Of a stretch of 64,000 nt of DNA, positions 38,114-50,874 are shown in pieces. The position numbers were made by a program, and so were the translations under genes. Position 1 is the stretch's first letter. Each line of letters opens with the position of its first letter. The stretch covers positions 3,968,001 to 4,032,000 of the forward strand of contig OY986947.1 in assembly GCA_963920595.1 (NCBI GenBank), given 5' to 3'. Origin of the DNA: Eimeria praecox. Lineage: Eukaryota. The notes below the pieces were generated by a model. It saw nothing but the letters and a program-made list of their open reading frames with translations. It was not told where the DNA came from and made no database searches.

Positions 38114-41100
38114 AGCTCTGAAGGGTCTCTGAGAGAAACACATGCAACCCGAGCAGGAACGTTTGGGATAAACATCCAATGAGAAAATTAAAATACGTTG
38201 TTATTGATTTATTTCAAGCAAGGCTTGTCGGGGTTCAAAGCCGTACTGAGGAAGATGACACGGTAGCGGACCTCCCAAGGAGGTCCCTGTGTCTGACTGG
38301 GTTGTCCATCCTACAATTTTGGGACTACAGACACAACACTGCAGCATTGAGCGGCCCCATATACCAACATATAGAAAAAGTCTTGATTCCACTTCACTAA
38401 AGTGATATACCTTAGCGTTACTGCTGTTGCCTATCGACCAACCTGCTTGCATGCACTCTTCCTGACCGTGACTGGGCCAATGGGTGGCAGCCAGACTGCA
38501 CTTTCCCACATTTTCGATGGCATATTTGAATCCACGATAAAATGTAACTGCTAATAGGGAGTGAAAGAGTACAACAGGCAGTTTCCTACAGCAGTGCGTG
38601 GGAAGTACTACTGCCCCTAGATTTTCGTCGCTTGGCGCCAGTAGGGAATTTGATGTAGCTAGTTTAGACAATTAGCCACCAGTCTACATTTTCCCGTTGT
38701 TAATTAACGACAATTATCAAACTACACGGGCAACTAGCCTCATTCAAGCTGCCTACATTATTTCGACAATCCGCGTGTAGGGTGGTTTACCTTAAGTTGG
38801 TAAGAGGCCTGCTGCTTCTTCGCAGGATGCCTTCTGAGAGCCAAGTATGCGTTAAGCAGGCATCAACAATGTTAGCGCATTCAGCACTATTGGGCTAGCT
38901 GTGCCTGCGTGCGGTGTTGCCTTGCAAAATTAGTTCGACGGAGATGCTGTGCAATTTATCTCAATCGGCCCAGGCCCAAGGCTCAGCGCCGCAGTACCCA
39001 GGTAGCATGGTGACTGTAGGGGGCATCCTCGGCTTATCGGCAATGCTTTTCCAAAGACTCTGTATTTCAGCTCGCGACGGTCCCCAGCGAAGTTTGAGAA
39101 GCCGCACTACACCATAACACGCCTACCCGAGACCGGAGCGAATTGAAGGGCCTATAGAAAGCAGGCGGTAAGGTAAAGACTCCAGGAGGTACGATGGTGC
39201 AGGACTTCATAGTATGGACGCGGCTGCTACCCTCAAAAGCAGGACACAGCGCATCAAAGGTAAATTCAGCTTCATTTCCTTCTCTAGTTCGAGACGCACC
39301 GGACTAGAGCTTCCAAAAGAAGAGCTTATGGAAGTAACGGACCTCAAAGAACAGCTGAGGGACAGGGCTTCATGAGGTGCCTCAATCTTAGCTGGAGACC
39401 GTCATGAGCCAAAACAGCGTTGAAACCATTTGAGATACGAGCTCTTCAACAGCGCTTGGCCTCACCCTGTGTTTTCATGCGTCCAGAACAAAGCGGCACG
39501 AGGTCATGGGGCTAGTGTGGTAGGGAGGCTGCCTTGCTCCTCTTCACACCAGCTCGAGGACCTTGTGCACTTTTTGTGAGGCGGTTTACACATAAGCTAT
39601 TGCCTGCAGCAGTAGGTTGTGAACCGCCTCAGACAAGCGACAGCGATGCGCGCATGAGGCGCGGGGTGAGGTCCCCAAGGGTTTTCAAGCCCGCATGATA
39701 AAGATCGAAATTTCCTTGGTGGTGTCGCCGAGATAGCCGCAGGTAAGAGGAGGGGCATTGTTCACAGCGGCGGACTGATGAGAGCTAGAGAGCAAGGAGA
39801 TATAGAGAAATTTGCTCCTTTATGCACTTGCCAGAGCAACTGTCAACAGAGCATTGCATGTCGCCCATCTTTAAGCTGCGCTGCGCGCGCTCACGCCTGT
39901 AGTAGCCACCGCTGAGTGGGTGAATACGTTTATGTGCTTTCGAGGAGTTGCTTCACTCATTGAATCCTCAGATGCCCTCTCGGGATGTTTAGGGTTTATA
40001 AGTAGCACTCTCATTTGTGTGGCCTGTGCGAATCGTTATGCATGCCTCCAAGATCTTAATACCCTCCGATTGCTTCTCCTCACAGTGAAGTTTTTGCAGT
40101 TTTCCATGTGATTTCGAAGACATTTCTTCTACTAACTAAAGAGGTATAGAAAACTAATATTCGGGGGGCACCTGCAGGCTGGATGTAAATATACTTTGTA
40201 AACCAACGCTTTGACGGGAGAGCGAGCATCGCAGCGGCTCTACCCATGGCCTGTTTGCTAGGATACTCGCGCTCCTGCATGTTTCGCAGATAATGTGACT
40301 CCAGTAGAGCAAAGCAGCCTGTCTTAAAAGTAACGGCAGAAAGTTGTCTGTCATAGCTTCCTGCAAAGCGTTCTTCTGTTCTGATACGGATATACTTGTG
40401 AGCTGCTGGAAGCTCTTTATAGAATTCGTCAGTAGCGAGTGTACGGGGCTGATTGTCAACGACGAAGCCCAATATCGGGTCAGACAACAGTGTTTCACAG
40501 TAGGCCAGGGAAGCTGGGGGACGGACTGTTATTGTTATATACCCATTCCGCATAACGAAGACAATCGAGCTGCGCACTGGTATTGAGTCAATATACTGCA
40601 AGCGCATGCGCTTATTGCTTTCATTTGGGACATTCGCCTTCGGGTCGTTTTGCTGCGATCATTTTGCCGTCCATACTACGCGGCGTTCTTAAGCGCACCC
40701 CGAAATGCCCAAACGAGCATCTGTTCCTTGCTATGGCGGTGCATGAAGTGACGCCTTATATTTGCACCCAGCTGAGCTAAGAAAGTTCGTCAGTGCTGAT
40801 GCGTTTCGGCAAGCCACTTTACTTCCAGGCTTGGCTGGAGGAGTAGTGGGCCACTATCCTTGCTACAACTAAACTTGAACGGGGCGTGAAGCCGACATAC
40901 TTGTCATTGCCTATAGACAAGAACGTAAAGCCGGCCACCGTCTTTGACTGATGGAAAATCTACCACGGAATTTATTGGTATTCGTATGTGCAGGCTTGCT
41001 TGGAAGTCGGGTAGCTGCTAGTTTAAGAGGGTTTGCCGGCTCTATCTGATGTGCAGCGTGCTCTGCATGATGTTTGTGCTCTTATCCCAAGTTGCTCGCA

Positions 41101-42006
41101 GGCTGAGTAGGAAGGTATTTAAAGAAAACTCATCATTACAGTCTGCAACGTTAGAGCATTTAGCAAAGAGTCAGTGGCTGCGCGGGCATGTGGGACTGCC
41201 TCGCAGGACTAGCTGCAGCAAGGTGCATTGCAGCCCTGGAAAGGCTTGCCCGAGCCTCGAACAGCCCAGTCTCTTGGGCTTCTGTTGGGTTCCGGGAGGC
41301 TGGAACGAAGGTCACCTGCATTGTACGAGTTCTGCCTTTCGGTTTTCCACTCTATTGCAGCTCCCTGCGGTCCTCCGCTAAGGCCGAGGACTCGCCTTGC
41401 TTACACAATTGCAACTAACTGCAACAAGCGTGGAACTTTCGCACACGGAGTTCGGATGGGCTTACCTCCACTCAAGAGAGTGGCTGTAAAGGAACCAAAA
41501 GGTCTAATAATGATGGGGAATGTGTATTGTAGTGCTCGTTAGCCCCACAATTGAGATGCAAACAGCTTAACTTGCACGTGTTCGAAGTCTCTCTCTTACA
41601 GTCAACCAGGGTAGCAGCATACCGGCTTCCGCATAGCTACAAACGCACCAGCTCGCCAGCCTACGGATCCACTCCCCAATAAGAACTGAGGTTCCCTTTT
41701 TGCTTTCAGAAGACCCCAAGTTGCTGCTCCTTTAGGCTTTCAACTAGTATGCGGTAAATTGCAGTATTTACATCGCTAGTCTTCTCAAAAGTAACGGCTA
41801 TATGGGAATTATTTTAGGCACAAAACGCGTCTGGTGTCTGATCTGGCCCGTAGAATGCTACATATGAAGGACGGCTTTCTCTGCGGCCGCTGTACAGCCA
41901 TCGCTCCCTGGCTGCCAATAGTCAGCTAATCCCAAAGCAGCCTACCTCTTCTATGCAACATGAAATATAGGGGTGCGCAAAAGGCAGAGTTCAAATGAAA
42001 CAGGAG

Positions 42007-42100
42007 TGCAGCTTAAAATGCTTTCCCTCCCCTCGAGGTGATTATGTCACGAATGCAGCTTAAAATGCTGTCCCTCCCCTCTAGGTGATTGTGTTACTGC
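42007..42100 (+). repeat. 47-bp diverged tandem duplication upstream of RON2L1
   Basis: tgcagcttaaaatgctttccctcccctcgaggtgattatgtcacgaa followed by tgcagcttaaaatgctgtccctcccctctaggtgattgtgttactgc. Confidence 0.9.
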
Positions 42101-43420
42101 TTGGAACGGGTTGTAGTTGCCGCCCAACACAAGACCCTCCTCTTCTGCACTAAATAGACAGTTTTGGGTGCGATAATGTGGTTTTAGGCATTTTGCTACG
42201 CTGAATTGTAATTTCTGCACATTTTCGCTGGTATGCGATTTCCCGACGGGCGTAACCAACGGAGGCACAGGGATACAAGAAGTCGTTCGCCGCTTGCGAA
42301 GGGCAACAAGGTGATTCCTGGGAAAACTTATACCTTAGAATTTTGCTCTACAACTATTAATGCGGCTACGCAGCGCATCGTGCACAAGTAGAGGGATTAT
42401 ATTTGTGACCTCAGGAAAGAATTGCAAGGGGTCTGGAGTATTAAGCTTCTCCCAGATGCTTTTTGTCACACTCGACCACGGTGTGAGTCAAAGAGTTGTA
42501 AACTGAAGTGGTGCAAGCTCAACGGGACGAAGGCATCGCGGCTCCGAGCCGATGGTCTACCGGCACTATAACGACAACTCTGCGTTGCCAAACAGCGAAA
42601 CTAAAAGGGAGAACATATGCCAATATATTCCATCATTTTCTGACAGGTAGTAATAATGCTAGCTTCAGGTGGACATGGGCGGCCTTTTGGCACAGTGCGC
42701 AGCAGCCTGCAAATCGGCGATGGTCACTGCGGTAGCTCTAAAGGCGCCACGGCCTAGCTGTGGGTCCGAAGATAACCCGTTGGATTAGGGTGACTCTTTG
42801 AAATCCCTGCAAACCTTCGGTAAAAAAGTGTGCGCCTTTCTGTTAAACTTACTCTAGGAGGCTTGACAAGCACGGGAAATTGTTTGTTAGCGGGACTGAC
42901 GGCAGCGAGTACTGGTGGTATGCGGCTGCCCCATTCCCACCAGATTCGCAGCAGTTGATACATGAAGAAGAAAGTCCTTCGAAATAATCTTCTTCTGCGC
43001 ATTGCGTAATACTTATCTTAGTTGTCTCTGGTGCGTGCTGCTTTGACTTTTCCTCCTGCTGAACCAGTGGCACGAGCAGGGCCTAGGCACCGCCGACCGA
43101 TCTGATTATGCTATTCGGTTAGTTTCCCTTGTCCCGTATAAACTGGCTAAGCATACCGTTTTTTACAGAAATTCATGCCACTACTGCTTCACAGAGTCTC
43201 AAATTCGCCCGTACGCCTGTATCCGTGGCCTGATTCGTGGGGAGTTCGTTGCTGCGGGTAGCAGTAGGGTAAACCGACGTGTTTTAGCTTCAGCCTACTG
43301 TTTCTCAGAGGTGCTGCCTTTTTTTCTGTTGAGAAGACCATATTCACAGACTAGCTTACCCTGTTCGATTCTTGCGGCGCTCGCGTAGGAATAAACAACA
43401 GTGCTGGGACGCCAGCAACG

Positions 43421-46400
43421 ATGAAGCTCTTTCGCCTCAGTTCGTTTGTCACCGTGGGAGCGATATCCCTGGCCTTCGCTTCAGCAAAAGAGGGCCACCA
43501 GCGTCCGAATGGCGACAGAAATCCAACTCTAGGAAATGCTGATGGTCCGTTCCCTCTGCCTTTGACAGCGTACTGATATCCTTCGAAGCGGCTTCCCGAA
43601 GCCTAAGGTACATCTTGAATGTTTTTTTCCTGTGATATGGCATTTTCTTTAGGTTTCCAAGATGAAATGAAGCTTTATTTACTAGACACACCTCAACGAC
43701 TGCCAAGAGGTCTGGACCTCATGGAACCTTCATCGGGTATGCGGGCCAACTCCCTTTTCTAACTGTAGTAGTACAACTAATGATATGCAAGCATTGCCAT
43801 TATCATGGCATTCTCGTCACTTCACAAATATAGACTTTTGGCATGCATCTGGTATCCCAATGCATACGGAACTGCTTCACTTGCTCAGCTGCCACCGCGG
43901 AATCGAACATGCAAGTATTACTGGGGGTTCTTGATAACAAGGAGATGCTGCAAGCCCTTGACGGTGAGTTTGCGCGACTTAGCTTTTTCTTGGAGCCCTC
44001 TCGTATGACCGATTACCAGATCCTATGTTTTATTCTTCCGCATCGAGGACCCTTATTGGGAGCCCGTCTGCGTTCATTACCTGTCCATGCAGGAGCGAAG
44101 CGGCAGACGTGCGCTCACTTGCAGGCCACTGCCTGTCCAGAGCACTTCAAGGGCCTCTCTTGTGACACGATAAACATTGCACAACTACGGCATTCCCTGG
44201 CACAAGCCGATTCCCAAATTAACTCGGCAGAAGGGGCTCCAACGGCATGTGTCGACGCACTTCGCCACGGGCTCATGCTTTTTGACATAATTGCCATAAA
44301 AGAGCCGCTTGAAGAGTTTCAGAGACGCCCTGATGCAGGGCCACGCCACGCCCTAAATCATGCCTTCTCTGCACTCAATCTAGCCTCCATAGGGAGTATA
44401 CAACGACAAAATCAAGAACAATCCACTAAAACATCCAGAGCCACAAGCAGCAGCCACGCCTTTGCTGAAGAGTTTTTCCAAATGTGAGGGAGCGTCATCT
44501 CTGATAATCCATGTGAATACAGCCGCAAACCCCACTCTTATGGTCTCATCAGAGCATAGGTTTTGGAGCCCTCCTCTTGTGCTCAGGCAAGCATTCAAGA
44601 GAAGATCGAAAACAAAACATGGAGCCCCAGATAGAGTTGCTTCTTTTCCAGGCAATCTGGAGGCTATCCTTACCACCTCCCCAGCTTCTTATCTAGCATT
44701 TGCAGGAACAGGTGGCCCAATTGGTAAATCCTAGGGAAGACCCAATTGTCATTTGTTCCTTGGTAATGTAGAAGCAATGTACAGGGGATAGAGGGTTATT
44801 TGGGGTAGCACATTCGTACGGGCGAAACTTCCTGGTACCCCTTCACCTGCGCACCGAACCACTGAAACTAATTTGGTGGGCGGTTAAAGGACATGATAAA
44901 GCGTGTCCCCAGTGACCACTCTCCTCGGTGTGGTGTGTATTTTGCGCAGCCTCGCTTATCATCAATTGGCTTGCTCAAACCTATGCACGGTTCGATGAAT
45001 TCTTCGGGCATATGGAAGGCAATCGGCGTCCATTGGCTCCTCTGCAGGAATTGCTGACCAGCGGTCAAGAGCACAGGCTTACCCATCTTCAAAGGATGTG
45101 CGGTACTGTTCTCGGATCCCAGCGAAAGAAGGCTAAACTAGTTCCGAACATTTTATCCCTTCCCAGAGAGCAATTTTCAAGAAGATCTCTGCTTGTAGGC
45201 CTCCCGCGCATCTCATGTGACCTGATGACCCAAGCCACTTTCGCTCTGCACCTTGGTAAGAAAAGTGAAGAACCAAAAGTGGAAGGGCCGAAAAGGCGTA
45301 TGCTTTTGGCGGGGGGGCTGCTAATGGGAACACCAATTGCCTTGCATTGTCTTGTAGAACGTTTTCTGTTGTCGCTGCAGATTTTAGCACACTGGTATCG
45401 TATGCGTGTATTGTTATGATTCACAGCGGAGTTGCATGCCATTGAGCATATAAATAATCTGCAGCAGATGCTCCCTCCAGAAGGAATGGAATACTCTTTG
45501 CCTTTGGAGCTGTATGGGGGAGGACGAATAAATTTCCAACGGCTTTGCATGGGCTTCAGGGCGAACCATGACGCAGAAGTACCATTAGACACGCCTTGCG
45601 TATACGATGATACCGTCCTTGCAAGCTTAGAGGCAAGCGCTGAGAACAGAGACGCAAGTGCGACCGAAGAAACATCTCTGTTGGAGTCTGCCCCAGCTCA
45701 GCAAGAACAAGGGGACGCGTCGTCGAAAGTGTCCAACCAAAACGCTGAGTTGGATTTTCTACTGCTTAATCTCAGAGGCGGAGACTTCAAGGCAGCTGCA
45801 CACATCCTAGGCAAAGATTCGGGACCATGTAAGCGTACCTCCTGGCCCTGCACTCTTGCAAGTAGATATCTGCCGGGCAGCAGCCACAAACTTCACACTT
45901 GCTGGGCTTTGCTGCATAGGGTGGGATCTACTCTATATGATTGACTCGAGGACTTCGTCAGAGATTATGAAGAGCTATAGACAAGGCAAGCTACAATCTT
46001 AAGGACGTCTGCAAGTACAGCAGTGTACGGCATGTGACAGAAATACGGTGAAGAAACTCGGGGCCCCCAAACTTCCATATTTCATCTCTATATCTGTGCG
46101 GCTCAGGATCAGCTCTCTGCAGGAAGGCTGTCAGGAAGCTAGGTTCAAGAGCTGCCACTGCCCACGAAGAGAGCATTTCGTGCTCCTCAGCATGGCAAAA
46201 AGCTGTCTGGGACAAAGAGCTGCACTGCAAGTCAAAACTTATCAGCTTGCACTGTGCTGCGTTGGAAGGCTTGTTCGGAATTTTTGATAACGGTACGTTG
46301 CATCCTTTTATTTTGGGCCAGCAGCCACAGGCCTCAACAGCAATTCTTTCTGCTTGCCGCTTGCCCTTCCCCATATTGAACCGCTTGCGTCGATCGGTTC

Positions 46401-49400
46401 TTTTGAATCTCAGGACTTATTGGCTCGATTGGGGACTTGCTGAACTCCACTACCAAAGAAGCTGCTTGTGGAAGCGCTTCTGGGAAGTGCCCTAAAAACG
46501 CAGTGGCGAAGCAAAGTCCCTTTAAGATAGTTGGCAAGCAACCGACGGTGATTTCTCGGTTCCTTCCGCGAGGTCCCGTTGGAGAAGGCATATTTCGCAT
46601 CTTTTTCCTCCTCAGTGGCAACAAGTGGAAGAACAGTAAAGAACTCATCTCCTGTGCCGGTATGAACTCTGAGAAGGAATTTATGAAGGGTAGCATTTTC
46701 ACTTCCATTCCATTAATTCACCAGAATCCCGCATAACCGTTTCGTGCCTTGCGGTGCCCTTCTCTCTGCAGATGGGGTTGACAACATATTCCGCAACGTT
46801 GCAGCATTGGTGTCGGAGCGTGCGACATCCGCGCTCTTCTCTCGGTGGCTTCCGCATACAGTACGAAAGCTCGTGAAAAAATACTTGGGCCGAAAGTACT
46901 CGAGACGGCACTTCCGTTGTAAGTAAATGGCGGATATGCATGTGCCCAACTTCACTCAGCAGACAGGGATGCCACACTTCATCTGCAGTGATTGCTGCAC
47001 GCAAGCAATTGATTCATTCCGCTGCAACGTTAGCATAGCTATTCAGAAGAGCGTGGAAAGACAGAAGACATAACGCATGTGGCTTTTGCTTGCGCTTGTT
47101 CAGTCCTATCATCGAAGCTCCCATCTGGTTTCTACATGAAGCTTCGCTCATGCGTCAATGTTCTTGTCCACCCGTTAGTTTTCGTCCACCTGAATCAGCT
47201 GGCCTCCACTGGCTCGGAACTATCAGGAGCCCGAAGTCGTGCTGGAGGTCTTTCAGAAAGGCTTGACGACGTCATAGCGGAAACCGCCACACAAGGACTT
47301 CCACAGCAATTAAAGGTTTGCCTCTCTCCCGTTTGCTCTTAGCAAGGAGAGCCCCTTAGTACCATTAAAAAAACAGTGTAGCTTCGGCAGATGCAGTTTC
47401 TCCATACATCCGTGTGGCTTGCAATTTCAGAAGAAGCTTCAAGCTGGGGAGACGACAACTGTGAAGGATTTCAGTGGGATCAACTTTGCCCACGTTAATC
47501 CTCCTAAGCCAAAAACCTGGCAAGAGTACCTTAAAGTGGAGCTCCAAGACAGCTTGGTTAACTGGTTGATGAAACCCGGCAGTACAGAAAGAATAGAACA
47601 CGAATGCAGGGGAGGCAGAGGCTCGAACATTGTTGCCCTTGTCAGGGATAGCTTGGATCTTCTAAAGAACTCTGATACTGAAAACCTCACCCTGATTGGG
47701 AAGCTCGTCAGCCCCAGAGATACGTCTGTTGGCAGGCCACTGCGATTGAATTCCCTCTTGCGTAAGCTACTGAGATTCCCACCGTACAAGGCCCAGCACC
47801 ATTCGTTTGTTGCAATCAGTGTCCGTATTCCTGAGGCTCTGGAGTTGGTTCGGGCCTTGGTAGACGTCTACACACAAAATAAGGGAGTATTCGAGAATCA
47901 AGAAGTCTTTGTGGAGGCAGTGATTGACCTCTTTGCGCACTTTGAAGAGAAGAACAGAATGGCAGCTGGGGGACCACTAGGGGTGAGCTTAGTTTTGGTG
48001 CCTGACGAGCAACGATACTGCACCAAACCAGTACTGTAATGGTACAGTACTTGCGAATGCTTGCCCAGTAAGTGCATCTTCAGTCTCTGGGTCCAGCTAC
48101 CACTTCAACAAATGCATATATCTATTTTGTTCAACAGGTCCCACAGAGCGTTCTGGTGCCACCTCTGCACCGCCATTATGCATCACTGCCTAAGGCGGAT
48201 AGACTCAAAGAACTCAGTGACAGTGCAATGAGCCATTTCTCCCGCCACATCTGGACGCTCATCTTCTCCGTTTCGGCGAACAACATTTTGAACGCGGGGA
48301 ACCTGGATGGCCTTGAGAAGACATTCTCCAATGAGGCATGGGATGCGTCAATAAATGACCCTTTTCAGGCAAGAGGCATGGAGCTAGGGCTCAACACCTA
48401 CTTCTGAAGAGTTTAAACTCTGAATGCCCCCAAGCCTCGGCATCAGTCCTGTTCCTGTGCTCTTTATACTTGCAGGCAAGTTCTTTTGGCATGGTCTTAA
48501 TGGGCGGGGATATAGGGCTACGGCTTTTCGATCAAATGCTTCCTTCAAAGCATAAGCGGATGCTGAAGAAGGCACAATACGGATCCCCTACTGTTTTCAC
48601 CAGCCAGATGCAACTAACTGGCAGCTTGCTGTCTGCTAGCGGCCACTACGGGCTCGGGATGTTCTTGCATGCCCAATCGGTGTACTTTGGGTTAATGATC
48701 AAACAATGGATCAATAAGCGCACAGAAGATAGAATCCGTGAAATCATCTCTTGGTTAACGTTGGGTTTGTTCTTCGCTTCGTCCTTGATTCAGTAAGATC
48801 CGCCTGTATTGTGCATGCGCTAGGCCTTGGCCGATGTCATGGAAAATGCCTTATTCGGGACTCAATTACAAATCAGCTTCCCTGTAGAAACAATGCTCCT
48901 GCGTGACACTCACTGATAGCTATATTACTGTTCTACGAACTGTTGTGATATTTCAGAGTCACAGAAGGTGTCACAGAAATCGCCAGCACTGGAAATGAAA
49001 CGGGCCAAGCCAGCATGACAACCGGGTGCCCCCCAATAGGCTTGTGCATGGACGACAGCGGCAATGCATTTGTTGGTAATCCTACAGGCTCGCCTGCGTT
49101 GACAGCATTGCAAGCCATTATGAAGACTGGGATCATGGCGAGCATCGCCATACTTGCTGGTCCTCTTATTGCCGTGTACAACGTAGCCGTTTCTCAATTT
49201 CGTATTCTTAGTCGGCTGGAGATGGTGAGCACTGAATAAGGAGCAGCGCCCAGTGTTGCTTTCTGCAGTAGTAGCCTTTCGTCGATTACCAATCACATCA
49301 GTTTGCCCAAAACTGCATTTGTGCAAGGAACGTCCGCTACTGTTGCATCTGCTACTGTCTCAGGCCATCGGAAATACGTGCAAGCAGCTGGTAAGTCGAC

Positions 49401-49573
49401 TTGCTAAGAGCGATGCTATCACAAACATCAAGAAGTTGTTCGCAACAAAGCAGGATAGGAAGAAATTGAGAGACGCAGCTTCGGCTAAAAAGAGAGCCAG
49501 TCTCGGCGACGAAGTTGAGCAATCATTAACTGCTTTCTTCCAAGGACACGACAAACAAAGGTGTCAGCTGTAA
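43421..49573 (+). CDS. RON2L1: Rhoptry neck protein 2-like 1 (RON2 paralogue)
   Basis: Signal peptide MKLFRLSSFVTVGAISLAFASA. About 17 phase-consistent exons: 43421-43544, 43653-43736, 43889-44002, 44093-44483, 44587-44723, 44950-45255, 45427-45828, 45920-45985, 46107-46292, 46414-46659, 46772-46918, 47104-47315, 47431-47982, 48138-48368, 48476-48792, 48957-49224, 49364-49573. The D3 cystine loop TGCPPIGLCMD lies between hydrophobic segments (ISWLTLGLFFASSL and IMASIAILAGPLIAV). It resembles the T. gondii RON2L1 GCPPMGICMD loop as I recall it. The last exon end is uncertain. Confidence 0.88.
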
Positions 49574-50874
49574 ACTGCACCATTGGTGCAGTACCATGCT
49601 ATAGTACCCACGATCGCTCCACCGTTAGGAATCGTTTTTAGGGTCTTGCAAGTCTAGCTACGCCTTATTTTGCTTATGCGACTACCTAGTTCCTCACCTT
49701 GATCGCTTAAATTCATTTAGCTTTTTAAAAGAAAACTTGGTGGCATATTTTTTTACGCTGGGGGAAAGTCTCCAGCATTCCTAGCTGACCAACCGAACGT
49801 CTTTTTATTGTTATACCTTACCGACAGTAAATTGCGTAACGTAAAACTAAGGGCAGATGACACGCATGTGCTTTGCAACCATTAGTGGGAAGCCTGGAAC
49901 CGGAAGCACATTGATGTTCTTGTGCAGTGGACTACTCCACAAAATTGATGTCAAGTCACATATTTACAAGGAAAAAGCTACACACGGGAGGGCAGAAAGC
50001 AATGTGGTTAAGCGCTTCAAAGGCCACCCTGAAGCTTGCAAGTCCAGTCTCTTGCACAAGCGAGAAAGGAACACCGGAATTCGCATGAGTTCTAAAACTG
50101 ATAGGATTCTAAATTTAGTGGCAACCTATGATCTCCTATAGCATTTGTTTGATAAAGAGAACACACTGCACAAATGTAGACGACAGGGCTGCTAGTTTCA
50201 AAAGAACCGATGCAGTAGGCGCCGGCAAATGGAAACCATCAGCTGACGGCACAAAGCCTCTTGAAATGATGGGGATATTAGCAGGTAGTAATTCCTAGGA
50301 CGTCATGGCAGTAAAAACAGGACAAACCACAATCCTCTCCAGCCTCTGAATTCGCCAAGACGCTGCCTTCATCCTGCTCTGGATGCACCCACACCTGAGT
50401 AAGGTGGGTGCTTTTGGCCTTCCCGAGGTCGAGCGTGTTTCTCCACAAGAGAACAAATTGACAATTGGGGCAATAAATGGGGACGAAAGTCCCCTTGCGA
50501 TACGTTGACGCACAAATACGCCGCAGACGCCGCTTTCTCCTAAACGGTGAATCATCCGCTGAAATGCGCTTAAGTGCGAAATTCGGGAGGTCTCCCGCTA
50601 CAGTATTCCAACTAGCCTTCTGCCTGCTGTCTTTGTGGTGCTGCTGCATGCATGCAGCTGATGAGAGCGTAACTTCATCACCAACCAATTTTGTGTGCTC
50701 GTCTGTCGCCTCCATGCCCACTGCAGCTTCACGTTTAATCATCTGTTGAGCATATGCCACACAAGCGGACGGATTCCTGCTGGCGGCAACTACCTGGCTA
50801 ATAACCCTTGACTGATTGTTGCTAGGCAGCTGAGCAGTTAGCGTCTCTAAAAACTATAAAAAGTATGTACTACG

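Noticed and set aside
40080..40607. 175-aa minus-strand ORF
   Set aside because: No recognisable motif, and I could not link it to neighbouring exons. It may still be an exon of an unrecognised gene.
43421..49573. RON2L1 as a pseudogene because of fragmented ORFs
   Set aside because: All breaks are explained by phase-consistent introns, two of them with GC donors.
50278..50760. 160-aa ORF between RON2L1 and AMA4
   Set aside because: No recognisable domain. It lies just past the AMA4 stop on the same strand and is probably 3' UTR.
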